A DNA stretch of 64,000 nt from Eledone cirrhosa. Lineage: Eukaryota. The stretch covers positions 413,478,001 to 413,542,000 of the forward strand of contig OZ024741.1 of assembly GCA_964016885.1 (NCBI GenBank). Direction: 5' to 3'. Position numbers and translations under genes: made by a program. Shown in pieces: positions 38,819-52,629 of this stretch (positions are counted from its first letter, which is position 1; each line of letters starts with the position of its first letter). The notes under the pieces are model-generated. The model was not told where the DNA came from and did no database searches. It worked only from the letters and a program-made list of their open reading frames with translations.

Positions 38819-39317
38819 AATATATATAAATATGTATATATATATATATATACATATATATAACAAAGGAAGTGTGATAAGGAACCAGATGGACCATAAG
38901 GCACCAGATTACTCAATACTTAGGGTAGTAGAGTGGGGAAATAGCCAGAAATAGCCTTCTAGTCCAGAAATAGCCTTCGAAACGGCTTGAGCTCTGCCGT
39001 CGGGGTCTTGAACATTTTCCCATATATATATATATATATATACATATATATGTGTGTATATATATATGTGTATATATATATGTGTATATATATATGTGTA
39101 TATACATATGTGTAGGTAGACAGTATGGCTGCAGTCCCTTCCCACTGTGAAGTGGTTGAGTAGGCGCCACGGAAAAAAGCACCCAGTACTCACTGTAAAT
39201 GAGGTTGGTGTTAGGAAGGGCATCCAGCTGTAGAAATCAAGCAAAGTCAGTTCCATATGAGCAAAGCATGGTCACCTGACTTGGCATTACCCACAACAGG
39301 ACAACTCATCTAACCCA

Positions 39318-39820
39318 TGTTTACCAAACATTTATTATAATGTTCGGTTTGTTTGTAAACAAACAGCCCGAGCATTATAATAAATGTTCGGTAAACCCAT
39401 ATGTACATATATATATGTGGGCATGTATGTATATACATACTACTGTTCGTCTGTATACATATATGTATGTACGTATACATGCTTATATTTAAGTATCAGC
39501 CGTACTAAGAGTGAGAAATGCAATTTCGTTTTTCCATTTATCGTTTTCAGTACGCCGGGCCAACTAACTCACTCGATATGCAAATTAGGCTGCTCAGCCG
39601 TTAATATGCATAAGGAAAGTATATACTTTCAAACGTTCAATTGACTGACAGGAAGGTATACGGTGCTGATGACAACTAATAAGCTAGAAACTACTTCATC
39701 GTTCCTTTGTCAGTGTTGAACAAAATGGCAACGATTGTTGCCGAACACTGTATGGCTAATAATTCGGGCTGTTTGTTTACAAACAAACCGAGCATTATAA
39801 TAATGTTAGGTAAACCCATA
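39318..39820. mobile_element. Putative MITE termini (collapsed palindrome 39318-39400 and a second terminus to 39820)
   Basis: gtttacc..cattta ttataatg..tttgtttgtaaacaaa..cattataataaatg..ggtaaac; terminus repeated at 39762-39820 ending in TA. Confidence 0.5.
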
Positions 39821-40115
39821 CGTACATATATATATATATATATATGTGCAATGTATGTATGTATATACATACTACTGTACGTCTGTATACATATATGAAT
39901 GTATGTATACATACTTATATTTATATATATATATATATATAAATACATAATCAGAGAAAGCTAAAAGCAATACTCCAGCCAAATTCCAACTCACTCAACA
40001 AACATTAGGAAATACCTGAGTATATTCCCAATTAAACGTTTGGGGTGCTAACTATATTGTATTGTGTGGATATTCGCTGTATTATTTCATATGAGATATA
40101 TCAAATATATCATTT

Positions 40116-40238
40116 CCCAGACGAATCGTTTCATTATAAGATTTCTACAAGTTGGGTGAAATTATACCAAGTTATGTAGAAGCTTGTATAAGATCAACAG
40201 ATACTTATTCAAGTGGGCTCTTATAAATCTTCAGTGGG
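40116..40238 (-). ncRNA. Type I hammerhead motif (intact core) with ~95-nt branched stem II
   Basis: ccca CTGAAGA t-ttataaga...tcttataa-t GAAA cga-t-tcg TC tggg. Confidence 0.8.
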
Positions 40239-41301
40239 TACCCAATAATATGAATATTGATAACCAAATCAACATCAATATTTAGCGATAATCACCATCA
40301 GTGATTGAGGGGACTACTAGGTTGTTAGTCCAGCAGTTCTAAAGAAAATCTATGAATAATAGAGCTTAAAAAAGGTTATATATCATTTGTTTCTTTTTTT
40401 TATTACTATTTTGTTTGTTTTTGTTGGAACATGTGACAAAAGAAATCAAATGACTTAATTTTTCATTTTATATATATATATATATACCATCATCATCATC
40501 ATCACCATTTTACATCCATTCTTCCACGCTAGCATGGGTTAGACGGAGATATATCAATGTTGTGTTTTGTAATCAGAGCTGCACTGAAGATAAGTTTCAC
40601 ATTTTTGTGACATTATTGTTGTGGTTGTTGTGTTTATTGTTGTTGTTGTTTGGTTTATTGTTGCTGTTGTTTTTGTTGTTGTAGTTATTGTTATTGTTGT
40701 TGTTTTTGTTGTTATTTGTTGCTGTTATTGTGGTTATTTTTGTTGTTGATGTTGTGATTGTGGTTAGTTTTGTTGTTGATGTTGTTGATGTTAATGTTGT
40801 AGTTGATATTAATGTTGTTGATGTTGTTTTTGTTGACGTTGATGTTGTTGTTGTTATTGTTGATGTTTATGTTGTTTGTCCCGAAAGTAAGGGTACTGAT
40901 GTTTTATTTAAATATATATTAGACATACATGAAATTACAAGTCATCTCCTTCAAAGTCCGACACTTAGGAAGTCCGATAGTGGTTCCAACTTCCATTAAT
41001 TCTAGCAGTACTGGACATCATTGTGAGTGTCCTTAACTCATAGGTTACAATTTTTGGTATGTTTTCCACAGTCCCAAATTGATGACCCTTCAACTTAGGG
41101 CAGTGGTAGAAATCACATGGATGTAGGGAAGATGTGGAAGAGTGGGAATGTTTTTCTTCACCTGAAATTCTCTAATTAAAGGTGCTATGTGAGCAGGCGT
41201 GTTATCGCGGGGCAATACCTAATCTCCTGCAATGTCCTTTTGGACTCACTGGACCAGTTTTCGAAGTCCTTCCAAGACATCTTTGTACGAGGTGTGATTA
41301 A

Positions 41302-41509
41302 CCCTTTAGCATTTAAACAGGCCATATCCAGCCAGAATTCTTTCACATCTTTCTGTTCAAACTGGCTGTATCTGGCCACTCATACTGATGTTAAGGTATT
41401 GGTCTCAAAATAAATAACATCAAAATCTCATAGATTCAATATTATGTGAGGTAAAGCCTTTACCATGAAAATATAATAGTATATATAGAGTAATGTAAAT
41501 GCTAAAGGG
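41302..41509. mobile_element. TTAA-flanked (piggyBac-like) MITE
   Basis: TIR ccctttagcattta / taaatgctaaaggg; TTAA on both sides. Confidence 0.9.
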
Positions 41510-42015
41510 TTAACTGTCTGTCCTGGAGTTAAAAGTTATTTGTGAACAAAACCATGGATGTTGAAAAAAATGATAATCTTTGTTTTCACCCTGGATCTGC
41601 TCATGTGCACTTTTTTAGGGCAAGAAGTTTTCATGTGCCATTCCTCACTTTACCATTTTCCCTCTGGATCATACACAAACACCCATGATTCATGTCCTGT
41701 TATTACTTTAGCCAAGAAATTTGACTTAATTTCGAGTCTTACTAGCAAATCCTGAGAAGTTTCCAACCAGCTTGCTCTTTGTTCTACAAGATTTAGGCTC
41801 TAGTTTTGCACAAATGTTTTGTTAAAATTCTGTGAAGAGCATTTTAATCGAAGCCTATTTCTTCTGCAATCATCCTAACACATAATCAGCAGTCTTTCGC
41901 CATCACTCCTTGCAACACTTCCACATTTTGTTCATTTGTTGACAAGATGGCCTTCCAGAACAAGGTTCATCTTCAACATTTTTTTGGTCCTCTTTCAAAG
42001 TTTTGTCCCACTTAA

Positions 42016-42223
42016 CCCTTTAGCATTTAAACCGGCTGTATCCAGCCAGAATTCCATCACCTCTTTATGTTCAAATGGGCCATAACTGGCCACTCATACT
42101 AATGTTAAGGTATGGTTCTCAAAATACATAACATCAAAATCTCATAGATTCGTTATTCTCTTAGATAAAACCTTTACCACAAAAATACAATAGTATATGT
42201 CGAGTAATGTAAATGCTGAAGGG
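42016..42223. mobile_element. Second copy of the same TTAA-flanked MITE
   Basis: Same TIRs and length; TTAA on both sides. Confidence 0.9.
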
Positions 42224-42779
42224 TTAAAACCTTACTTCTCAATAAAATGGCATCTCCATAAGCTTGTGTTAAAGAATTAAATGTCTTGGTGGCAGATTTA
42301 TTGAGTTTCACATAAACTTTGATCACGTATTGTTGTTCAATATCACAAACATAACAGAAGTTATAAACAATTCTATACACAGCAATAAATCACGACTGAT
42401 TCAGTTGATCATGTTGAAACAAATAGCGCAGTCAACACGTATCTATATCAGTGAAGTCCTGTGTTACCATGTCGAAAAGAGGAAAATATATCTTCTTACT
42501 TTTGGGACAAACCTTGTATGTTGTTGTTATTGTTATCAATGTTAATATTGTTTATACATACACATATACATATATACATATATACGAAGAGCCCCTTCGG
42601 TCACCAATGACCATGTGGTTTACACCTAGGAAGTTCTCCTGCGAGGCACAAGTCCTGGCAAGGTTGTTTGTGGAAGACCAGCAGTCACCTATACGTACCA
42701 GTCTCCCCTCTTCCCCACCACCAATGTTGTCCAAACAAAAGGTTATGGTTGATACGGCTTGGTACCAATGACACCGCAA

Positions 42780-45700
42780 TATATTCTATATATACACTCT
42801 ATACTCTATATATACACTATATATACACTCGATACACTATATATACACTCTATACTCTATATATACACTATATATACACTCGATACACTATATATACACT
42901 ATATATACACTCTATACTCTATATATACACTCTATACTCTATATATACACTATATATAAACTCTATACTCTATATATACACTCTATATATACACTCTATA
43001 TTCTATATATACACTATATATAAACCTTATACTCTATATATACACTATATATACACTATATATATACACTCTACACTCTATATATACACTATATATACAC
43101 TCTACACTCTATATATACACTATATATACACTCTACACTCTATATATACACTATATATACACTCTATACACTATATATACACTCTACACTCTATATATAC
43201 ACTATGTATACACTCTACACTCTATATATACTCTATATATACACTCTACATACACTCTACACATTATATATACACTATATATACACTCTATACTCTATAT
43301 ATACACTATATACTCTATATATACACTATATATACACTCTATACACTATATATACACTATATATATACACTCTATACACTATATATACACTCTACACTCT
43401 ATATATACACTATATATACACTCTATATATACACTCTATACTCTATATATACACTATATATAAACCTTATACTCTATATATACACTATATATACACTATA
43501 TATATATATACACTCTACACTCTATATATACACTATATATACGCTATATATACACTCTATACACTATATATACACTATATATATACACTCTATACACTAT
43601 ATATACACTCTACACTCTATATATACACTATATATACACTCTATACTCTATATATACACTATATATAAACCTTATAATCTATATATACACTATATATACA
43701 CTATATATATATATACACTCTACACTCTATATATACACTCTACACTCTATATATACACTATATATACACTCTATACACTCTATATACACTCTACACTCTA
43801 TATATACACTATGTATACACTCTACACTCTATATATACTCTATATATACACTCTACACACTATATATACACTCTATACTCTATATATACACTATATATAC
43901 ACTCTATACACTATATATACACTCTATACTCTATATATACACTATATATATACTCTATACTCTATATATACACTCTATACACTATATATACACTCTATAC
44001 ACTATATATACACTATATATACACTCTATACTCTATATATACACTCTACACTCTATATATACACTATCTATACACTCTACACTATATATACACTATATAT
44101 ACACTCTACACTCTATATATACACTCTACACTCTATATATACACTATATATACACTCTACACTCTATATATACACTATATATACACTCTACACTCTATAT
44201 ATACACAATATATACACTCTACACTCTATATATACACTACATATATATATATATAGATCTAGCACTCATAGCTGAATCTATGGTAGAGCTAGAGAAGAAA
44301 TTCCAAACTTGGAAGCAGGGACTAGAAAGAAAGGGTCTCAAAGTCAACCTGACAAAGACTAAGGTCCTTGTAAGTAGACGAGAAAACAGAACCCAGATCC
44401 CCTCAGGGAAATGGCCTTGCTCAGTATGTAGGAAAGGTGTAGGTAGGAACTCCATTCTCTGCCCCAAATGCAAACAATGGGTACTCAAGAGATGTAGTGG
44501 GATCTCAGGAAGCTTAACTAAGAATGTAGGCTTCACATGCAACAGCTGTGCTGGGACAGCAAGCAGCAAACAGTCACAGGAAACAAGTGCCACCAATCTC
44601 TGGGAGGGCTCTGTAGAAACAGTAGATACCTAGGTGACCGAATTAGCAGTGGAGGTGAGTGTTCAGAAAATACAATAACTAGGGTAAGAATGGGATGGAA
44701 GAAGTTTAGGGAACTACTGCCACTGCTAGCTGCAAAAAGCTTCTCCCTCAGAATGAAAGGCAGACTGTATGATACGTGTATCCGAACAGCAATGTTGCAT
44801 GGTAGTGAGACGCTGAAGGTGGAAGACTTACGTAGATTAGAGAGAAACGAAGCCTGCATGCTCCGATGGATGTGTAACAGTGATATACGCGAACGACAAA
44901 GCATAAATGAATTGAGAGAGAGACTGAGTATAAGAGAAATCAAATGCTGTGTGCAGGAGAGGTGGTTGCGCTGGTATGGACATGTGATGCGTATGAAGGA
45001 TGACAGCTGCATAAAAAGGTTTAGAGCACTAGAAGTCGATGGAAACCGCGGAGTGGGGAGACTCAAGAAGACCTGGGATGAGGTGATAAAAGCCAACCTT
45101 ACCCAATTACACCTCTCAAAGGCCGTGACCTCTGGCGACACGCAGTAATACAGAGTACCCGACCTCCGATGGGTACAAGCTGAAGCATATAGACAATATG
45201 CCCCCCCCCCCCCCCCCCCACCGCAAGGTGGTCGTGGAGGTGCCACGGCAAAAAAGCACCCAGCCGACACTGTAAAGTGGACGTGTAGGCACCACGAAAA
45301 AGCACTCACTGTAAATGAGGTTGGTGTTAGCAAGGGAATCCAGCTGTAGAAATCAAGCCAGAATCAGTTCCTGTATGAGCAAGGCATGGTCAGCCGACCA
45401 GACACAGCCCACAACAGGACAACCCGTCTAACCCATGCTAGCGGGGAAGAACGGACGTAAAACGGTGATGATGATGATGATGATGATATATACACTCTAT
45501 ACTCTATATATACACTATATATACACTCTATACTCTATATATACACTCTATACTCTATATATACACTCTATACTCTATGTATACACTATATATACACTCT
45601 CTATTCTATATATCGACTATATATACACTATATATACACTCTATACACTATATATACACTCGATACATCATATATACACTATATATACACTCTACACTCT

Positions 45701-45962
45701 ATATATACAATATATATACACTCTATACTCTATATATACACTATATATACACTATATATACACTCTATACTCTATATATACTCTATATATACACTCTACA
45801 CTTTATATATACTCTATATATACACTCCTCACTCTATATATACACTATATATACACTCTACACTCTATATATACACTATATATACACTATACTCTATATA
45901 CACACTATATATACACTCTATACTCTATATATACACTCTATACTCTATATATACACTCTATA
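42780..45962. repeat. Simple satellite (tatatatacac / tcta(t/c)ac) split by an RTE insertion
   Basis: Arrays at 42780-44250 and 45487-45962. Confidence 0.93.
44258..45485 (+). mobile_element. RTE LINE subfamily a, 5'-truncated
   Basis: Matches 54840-56078; (ATG)n tail. Confidence 0.93.
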
Positions 45963-46024
45963 TGATGTTGTCCAAGGGAAAGGCAATGGCCAATACAGCT
46001 TGGCACCAGTGATGTCACAACTCT

Positions 46025-47122
46025 ACAGCTGAAATAAAGTGAAATAAAGTGTCTTGCTCAAGGACACAGCGGACTGGAGCAACATGAAGTAAAGTGTGTT
46101 GCTCAAGGACACAGTAGACTGGAGCAACGTGAAATAAAGTGTCTTGCTCAAGGACACAGTGGACTGGAGCAACATGAAATAAAGTGTCTTGCTCAAGGAC
46201 ACAGTGGACTGGAGTAACATGAAGTAAAGTGTCTTGCTCAAGGACACAGTGGACTGGAGCAACATGAAGTAAAGTGTCTTGCTCAAGGACACAGTGGACT
46301 GGAGCAACATGAAATAAAGTGTCTTGCCCAAGGACACAGTGGACTGGAGCAACATGAAGTAAAGTGTCTTGCTCCAGGACACAGTGGACTGGAGTAACAT
46401 GAAGTAAAGTGTCTTGCACAAGGACACAGTGGACTGGAGCAACATGAAATAAAGTGTCTTGCTCAAGGACACAGTGGACTGGAGCAACATGAAATAAAGT
46501 GTCTTGCCCAAGGACACAGTGGACTGGAGCAACATGAAGTAAAGTGTCTTGCTCCAGGACACAGTGGACTGGAGCAACATGAAGTAAAGTGTCTTGCACA
46601 AGGACACAGTGGACTGGAGCAACATGAAATAAAGTGTCTTGCTCAAGGACACAGTGGACTGGAGCAACATGAAATAAAGTGTCTTGCCCAAGGACACAGT
46701 GGACTGGAGCAACATGAAGTAAAGTGTGTTGCTCAAGGACACAGTGGACTGGAGCAACATGAAGTAAAGTGTGTTGCTCAAGGACACAGTAGACTGGAGC
46801 AACGTGAAATAAAGTGTCTTGCTCCAGGACACAGTGGACTGGAGCAACATGAAGTAAAGTGTCTTGCTCAAGGACACAGTGGACTGGAGCAACATGAAAT
46901 AAAGTGTGTTGCTCAAGGACACAGTGGACTGGAGCAACATGAAATAAAGTGTCTTGCTCCAGGACACAGTGGACTGGAGCAAGACACTTTATTTCATGTT
47001 GCTCCAGTCCACTGTGGACTGGAGCAACACGAAGTAAAGTGTCTTGCTCAAGGACACAACACATCACCCGGTCCAAGAATCGAACTCACAACCTTTCGAC
47101 TGCAAGCCCAATGCTCTAATCA
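46025..47122 (-). repeat. SINE whose central 45 bp is tandemly amplified about 21 times
   Basis: Unit gaaataaagtgtcttgctcaaggacacagtggactggagcaacat; SINE head with B-box at 47060-47122. Confidence 0.9.
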
Positions 47123-47704
47123 CGTTCACACACATATACATACACACACATACACATATACATACACACATATACACATATACATACATACATACACACA
47201 CATATATATACATACTTACACACACATATACATACATACACTCACATACACATATACATACATACACATACACATGTGTATATTTTATCCTTTCATCTAA
47301 AGAAAATATTTGTCTAACATGTCATAACATTTAGTTTTAGGGCTATTAATAGTATGTATTAGTAACTGTCTCACCATTTAAATACACACGCACGCACATA
47401 CATACATATACATACATATATATATATATATTTATATATATATATGTATGTGTGTGTATATATATATATATATATATGTGCAAGTATGCATATGTGTATA
47501 TATATATACATATACATACTTGCACACATACATATATATACACACACATACATACATTTTAAGCACACACATACACACACATGCACACACACACATATAT
47601 ATATGTATACATACATATACATACTTTCACACATATATATATATATACAATTACATACACACACACACACATATATAAATATACACATAAACACACACAC
47701 ACGC

Positions 47705-47735
<31 letters not shown>

Positions 47736-48134
47736 CATAAACACACACACACATATACACACACATACATACACATACATAGCAACTGATTGTAAGGTAT
47801 ATATATATATATACATACACATAAACAAACACACACACACATATACACACACATACATATACATACATAGCAACTGATTGTAAGGTAGCAGTTATGTGTT
47901 TGAAAAGTGAGCTGATTGTGAAGACTTTGATTAATTAAGAGAGAGGGGGGGGGGTAGCTTAACTTATCATATTCCACAGTAGTTTCTATAGCTTCTTTGT
48001 TACTGCTGACATTTACCTGAGTTATCTCGTTAACTCAGGTAATCAGTCATCGTCTAGTGACAACTCTTTACTTAACCTCTATTTACATGAATTGAGAAAT
48101 GAAATGAAATTTACAGCTAACACCTATCACACTC

Positions 48135-48570
48135 TTGTTACAGCTACTACCTATGTAGGTTTAGTTGGTCTTCTATCTTATAGAGGCTTTCTTGGCTGTT
48201 TTAATGATAGAGAGCCCAAGTCCTATCATGTTGTTGTTACAGCTACTACCTATGTAGGTTTAGTTGGTCTTCTATCTTATAGAGGCTTTCTTGGCTGTTT
48301 TAATGATAGAGAGCCCAAGTCCTATCATGTTGTTGTTACAGCTACTACCTATGTAGGTTTAGTTGGTCTTCTATCTTATAGAGGCTTTCTTGGCTGTTTT
48401 AATGATAGAGAGCCCAAGTCCTATCATGTTGTTGTTACAGCTACTACCTATGTAGGTTTAGTTGGTCTTCTATCTTATAGAGGCTTTCTTGGCTGTTCTA
48501 ATGATAGAGAGCCCAAGTCCTATCATGTTGTTGTTACAGCTACTACCTATGTAGGTTTATCTGGCCTCCT
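48135..48570. repeat. 99-bp tandem repeat, about 4.3 near-identical copies
   Basis: gttacagctactacc at 48137, 48236, 48335, 48434, 48533. Confidence 0.95.
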
Positions 48571-49814
48571 ATGAGGTTGTGTTTCATAGAGGGTTTCTTG
48601 GCTGTTTTAAAGAAGAGGGTCGCTGTATTGTTGTTACAACTCTGATCTAGGTTCATCTGGCTTCCAACAGATTTCTCAGTCCTATCATGTCCTATCATGA
48701 ACAGCAATGTGAAAGGAAGAAGTTTTTCTGAAGAGTACAATACCCTGGTCACATATTCAAACCCACGACTTTATGATTGCGTATTCAACACCTTAACCAA
48801 TAGGCCCCGTGCATTCCCAATATCTACAGTATATACTGCAGGTTCAATCCCAAGTCTGTCTCGTGCCTGGAGGCTCATCAGGCTGGTGCTTATCCTGGTT
48901 TCCATGACATTAAGCGAATTAGAGTACAAGACTTCCTCTTGGACAGGATGCCAGTCCATCAGAGGGTTAAACTCCCAGATATTGCTTATTCTCATTTTCC
49001 GTTGAGTATACTGTAGCAACATGAAATGAAGTGTTTTGCTCAAGAACGCAACAGACAATCCATTCCAGGAATCAAACCCATAACGTTATGGTCATAAGTC
49101 CAACACACTTACCACTAGGCTATACACTTCCACTTGACATCTTGAACAAGTATGATGTATCATAGTCTTGGAGTGACCCAAACCTTGCATGTGTCATTAG
49201 GTAGGTGAAAACTGTTTGCAATCTTAACAAATGCACTCTATCTGTAACTCAAAGAGCCAGCCTTAAAACATACTGGGCCATCCTGAATCTCCCTGAGTGT
49301 TTCATTAAATGTAAATGTGTCTGTGGAACATTCAAATACTCAAACATTTTCAGTGCATTCCAAACCTTTTATTTTATTATTCACAACACACTTTCATAAT
49401 CATCAACATCGTTTAACGTTCACTTTCCACGCTAGCATGGGTTAGACGGGTTGTCCCATTAGATGCAAGTTAGGTTAGGTGGCCATGTCTTGCTCATATA
49501 GGACTGTTTCTGTCTAGATTTATACATCAGGATTCCCTTCCTAACACCAACCACATTTACAGTGTGGGCTGGGTCCTCTCTGTGTGACACCTACACGACC
49601 ACTTTACAGTGTGGGCTGGGTGCTTTTCCTTGTGACACCTACATGACCACTTTACAGTGTGGACTGGGTACTTTCTGTTGTGACACCTACATGACCACTT
49701 TACAAATCAAATATTATTATCATTCAATATAAAACTCACAAATGCATTTAAATATTTGGTGATACACAACATTGATTTTACCTGCATTCAACAGCAACAA
49801 CCAGTATTTAATGA

Positions 49815-50640
49815 TAATAATAATAATGAGATTATTGTGTAAAGTGGTCAGGTGCACTACAACTCGTCAAAGGTGCATGTATAGTACATAGAATAATATA
49901 CAAATGTCAGGGAAGTGAACAGTGTATGAGTCATGATATACATGTGTGTATGTGTATGGAGGGGGAACATTAGGTGTAGTGTTGGCGAATCTCGGGAAGC
50001 ATGGAGGTTTTAAAGGATGCAGTGTCTCGACAGCTAACAACTGATGCAGCTAGTTTGTTCCATGCTTCAGCAACTCTGAGCGTGAAAAAATGTTTCCGAA
50101 AGTCATGGGAACTGTGCTGTTTTCTGACTTTGTTGGCATGTCCACATGTGTTAGACACATGGAAATCAAAAAGGTACTCAGGGTTGTTGTTGGCAAGATG
50201 GTTAATAATTTTGTGGGTGTTTACCAAGTCAGTTGCCAGGCGTCGGAGCTTCAATGTATCCATGCCCAGGGAAGCAAGGCGTTCAGAGTATGGTAGATGC
50301 CTGATGGAGGGTATTCGCTTGGTTGCACGTCTCTGAACAGTTTCCAGGCGGTCAATGTTCTGAGCAAGATAGGGGTTCCAGACTGGTGATGCAAATTTTA
50401 AGTAAGTGTGGCCGCACCATAGCCATGTACAGACTTAAATAGATAGCTGGAGAGCGGCTGACAAAGGTCTTACAGAGTGATGCTAAGACACCCTCGGCCC
50501 TCTTGACAATTTTAGAGACGTGCTTCGTCCAACGCAAATTGCTGCTGACCGTAATGCCCAGGTCACGTTCACAAGAAGACTTCTTGATATTAGTGCTGTG
50601 GAGGGAGTATGTGGACACTGGGTTTTTACTCCCAAAAGGC
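49815..50640 (-). mobile_element. CR1-group LINE 3' fragment
   Basis: CERDLGITVSSNL, VRPHL, RKHFFTLRVAEAWNKL; its 3' tail recurs at 57480-57590 (plus). Confidence 0.88.
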
Positions 50641-50649
50641 ATGGTATCT

Positions 50650-50856
50650 TCCACTGCTACTTCAGACAACAACTACTGCTACTACTACTACTAGTACTAC
50701 TACTACTAGTACTGCTACTACTACTACTAATCATTCTAGTATCTTCTACTACTACTTCAGACAACTACAACTACTACTACTAGTACTACTACTACTGCTA
50801 CTTCAGACAACAACTACTACTACTAGTACTACTACTACTACTACTACTACTACTAT

Positions 50857-50887
<31 letters not shown>

Positions 50888-50915
50888 GCTGCTACTTCAG
50901 ACAATAACAACAACA
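50650..50915. repeat. (CTA)n microsatellite with interspersed cttcagacaaca units
   Basis: Direct inspection. Confidence 0.9.
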
Positions 50916-52629
50916 ACCAGTCATTCTAGTGTCTTCTATTTAAGACATTAGTTAAGTTCAGTTTGTCAACTCAATAAATCAACTGTTGACACTTTCAGAG
51001 TTCCAACCTAAAATGGCTGACATTATTTACAATGTTGATTACATTTGCTGTTGTTTGACACCATTGTTTGTAATATTAATTATGTAGCTGACATATGTAC
51101 ATATATAGACACATGTATATATATATACACACACATATATATATATATAGACACATGTATATATATACACACATATATATATAGACAGATGTATATATAT
51201 ACACACATATATATATAGACAGATGTATATATATATACACACATATATAGACACATGTATTCATTTCATTCATTCATTTCATTCACACATATATATATAG
51301 ACAGATATACACACACATATATATACATATTTAGACAGATCTATACACACACACATATATATAGACAGATCTATACACACACACACACACACATATATTT
51401 GCTTTTTACTGGTTGTCACCAATGTACATATTCTCATTAATTATAGAATACTTATATATATATATATTACTCCATTACTCTATTAGGTGTTCCAGCCACA
51501 GGCTGAGGCCATGCTGGGGCACCACCACCAATGCTACACTTTCTACAGCCAACTTTCCCTAGCTGGCCCTTCATGTAAACGGGAGTTTGTTGCTGCTGCT
51601 CTTCTTTGCCCTTCTCCTCATGGTGTCGGTTCATCTGTCAGCAGACATATATAGTTGAGGTGTGTGGCCTAGTGGTAAGGGTGTTGGACTTGTGATCATA
51701 ATGTTATGGGTTCGATTCCTGGGCTGGGTTGTGTGTTGTGTTCTTGAGCAAGACACTTCATATCACGTTGCTCCAGTAGACTCTGATGAAAATATTTAAA
51801 TAAGGAGTGTATATCATCATCTTAATCATCATCATCACCCTTTTACGTCCATTTTTCCACACTAGCATGGGTTAGATGAGTTGTCCTGTTGTGTGCAATG
51901 CTCAGGTGACCATGTCTTGCTCATACAGAACTGATTTGGGCTTGGTTTCCACAGCTGAATTCCCTTCCTAACACAAACTATATTTAGAGTGTTGACTGGG
52001 TGCTTTTTACCATGGCACCTACACGACCACCTTACAGAGTGTACTAGGTGTATATATATATATATATATATATATATCATTATTAGGGTTGTTGTATTTG
52101 TCATTTCGCTGTCTCTATGAAGTCATCTACTCCCTTTGAAATCCTAACATTAACATTTTGCCTTGTCTAATATAGGTACTCGTATCGGTTTATTTTGCCC
52201 TGAGATGCTATAGGCCATGATGGCTACCTATCTCACAATTTTCCTCCCACCCTTTCACACCATCATAGCCTATTCGACCAATCAAACCTCAGCATGTCCC
52301 CCTCACCCATTACCAACCCCAACAAACCCTACTATTACTACTACTACTACCTCTCTCCTCACCCGACCCAGCCCCAACACACCCTGCCATTATTACCACC
52401 ACCAGTGGATTGGCAGTATCAGTGGGGTCGGACGCCATGCTTTGATGCAAAGAGTTACGTCCCTTTATGATCTGAGTTCAAATCCCGCCGAGGTTAACTT
52501 TGCCTTTCATCCTTACGGGGTCGATAAAATAAAGTACCAGTAATGTACTGGTTAATTGCTGGCCTTGTGCCAAAAGTAGAAACAATTATTACCACCACCA
52601 CTGTCCTTCTATTATGTAGTCCTACCATT

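Larger units (their letters stand above)
40870..42516 (-). mobile_element. Degenerate full-length mariner transposon
   Basis: TIRs gtttgtccc(g/a)aaagtaag at both ends with TA flanks; remnants EQQYVIKVYVKLNKSATKTFNSLTQAYGD and ITGHESWVFVYDPE. Confidence 0.88.

Noticed and set aside
46036-47060. CRISPR-like appearance of the tandem arrays (also 48135-48570 and 57735-58531)
   Set aside because: No unique spacers, no cas genes, eukaryotic context
48855-48890. CTGATGAG on the minus strand as a hammerhead
   Set aside because: Part of a SINE tail; no GAAA or stem III
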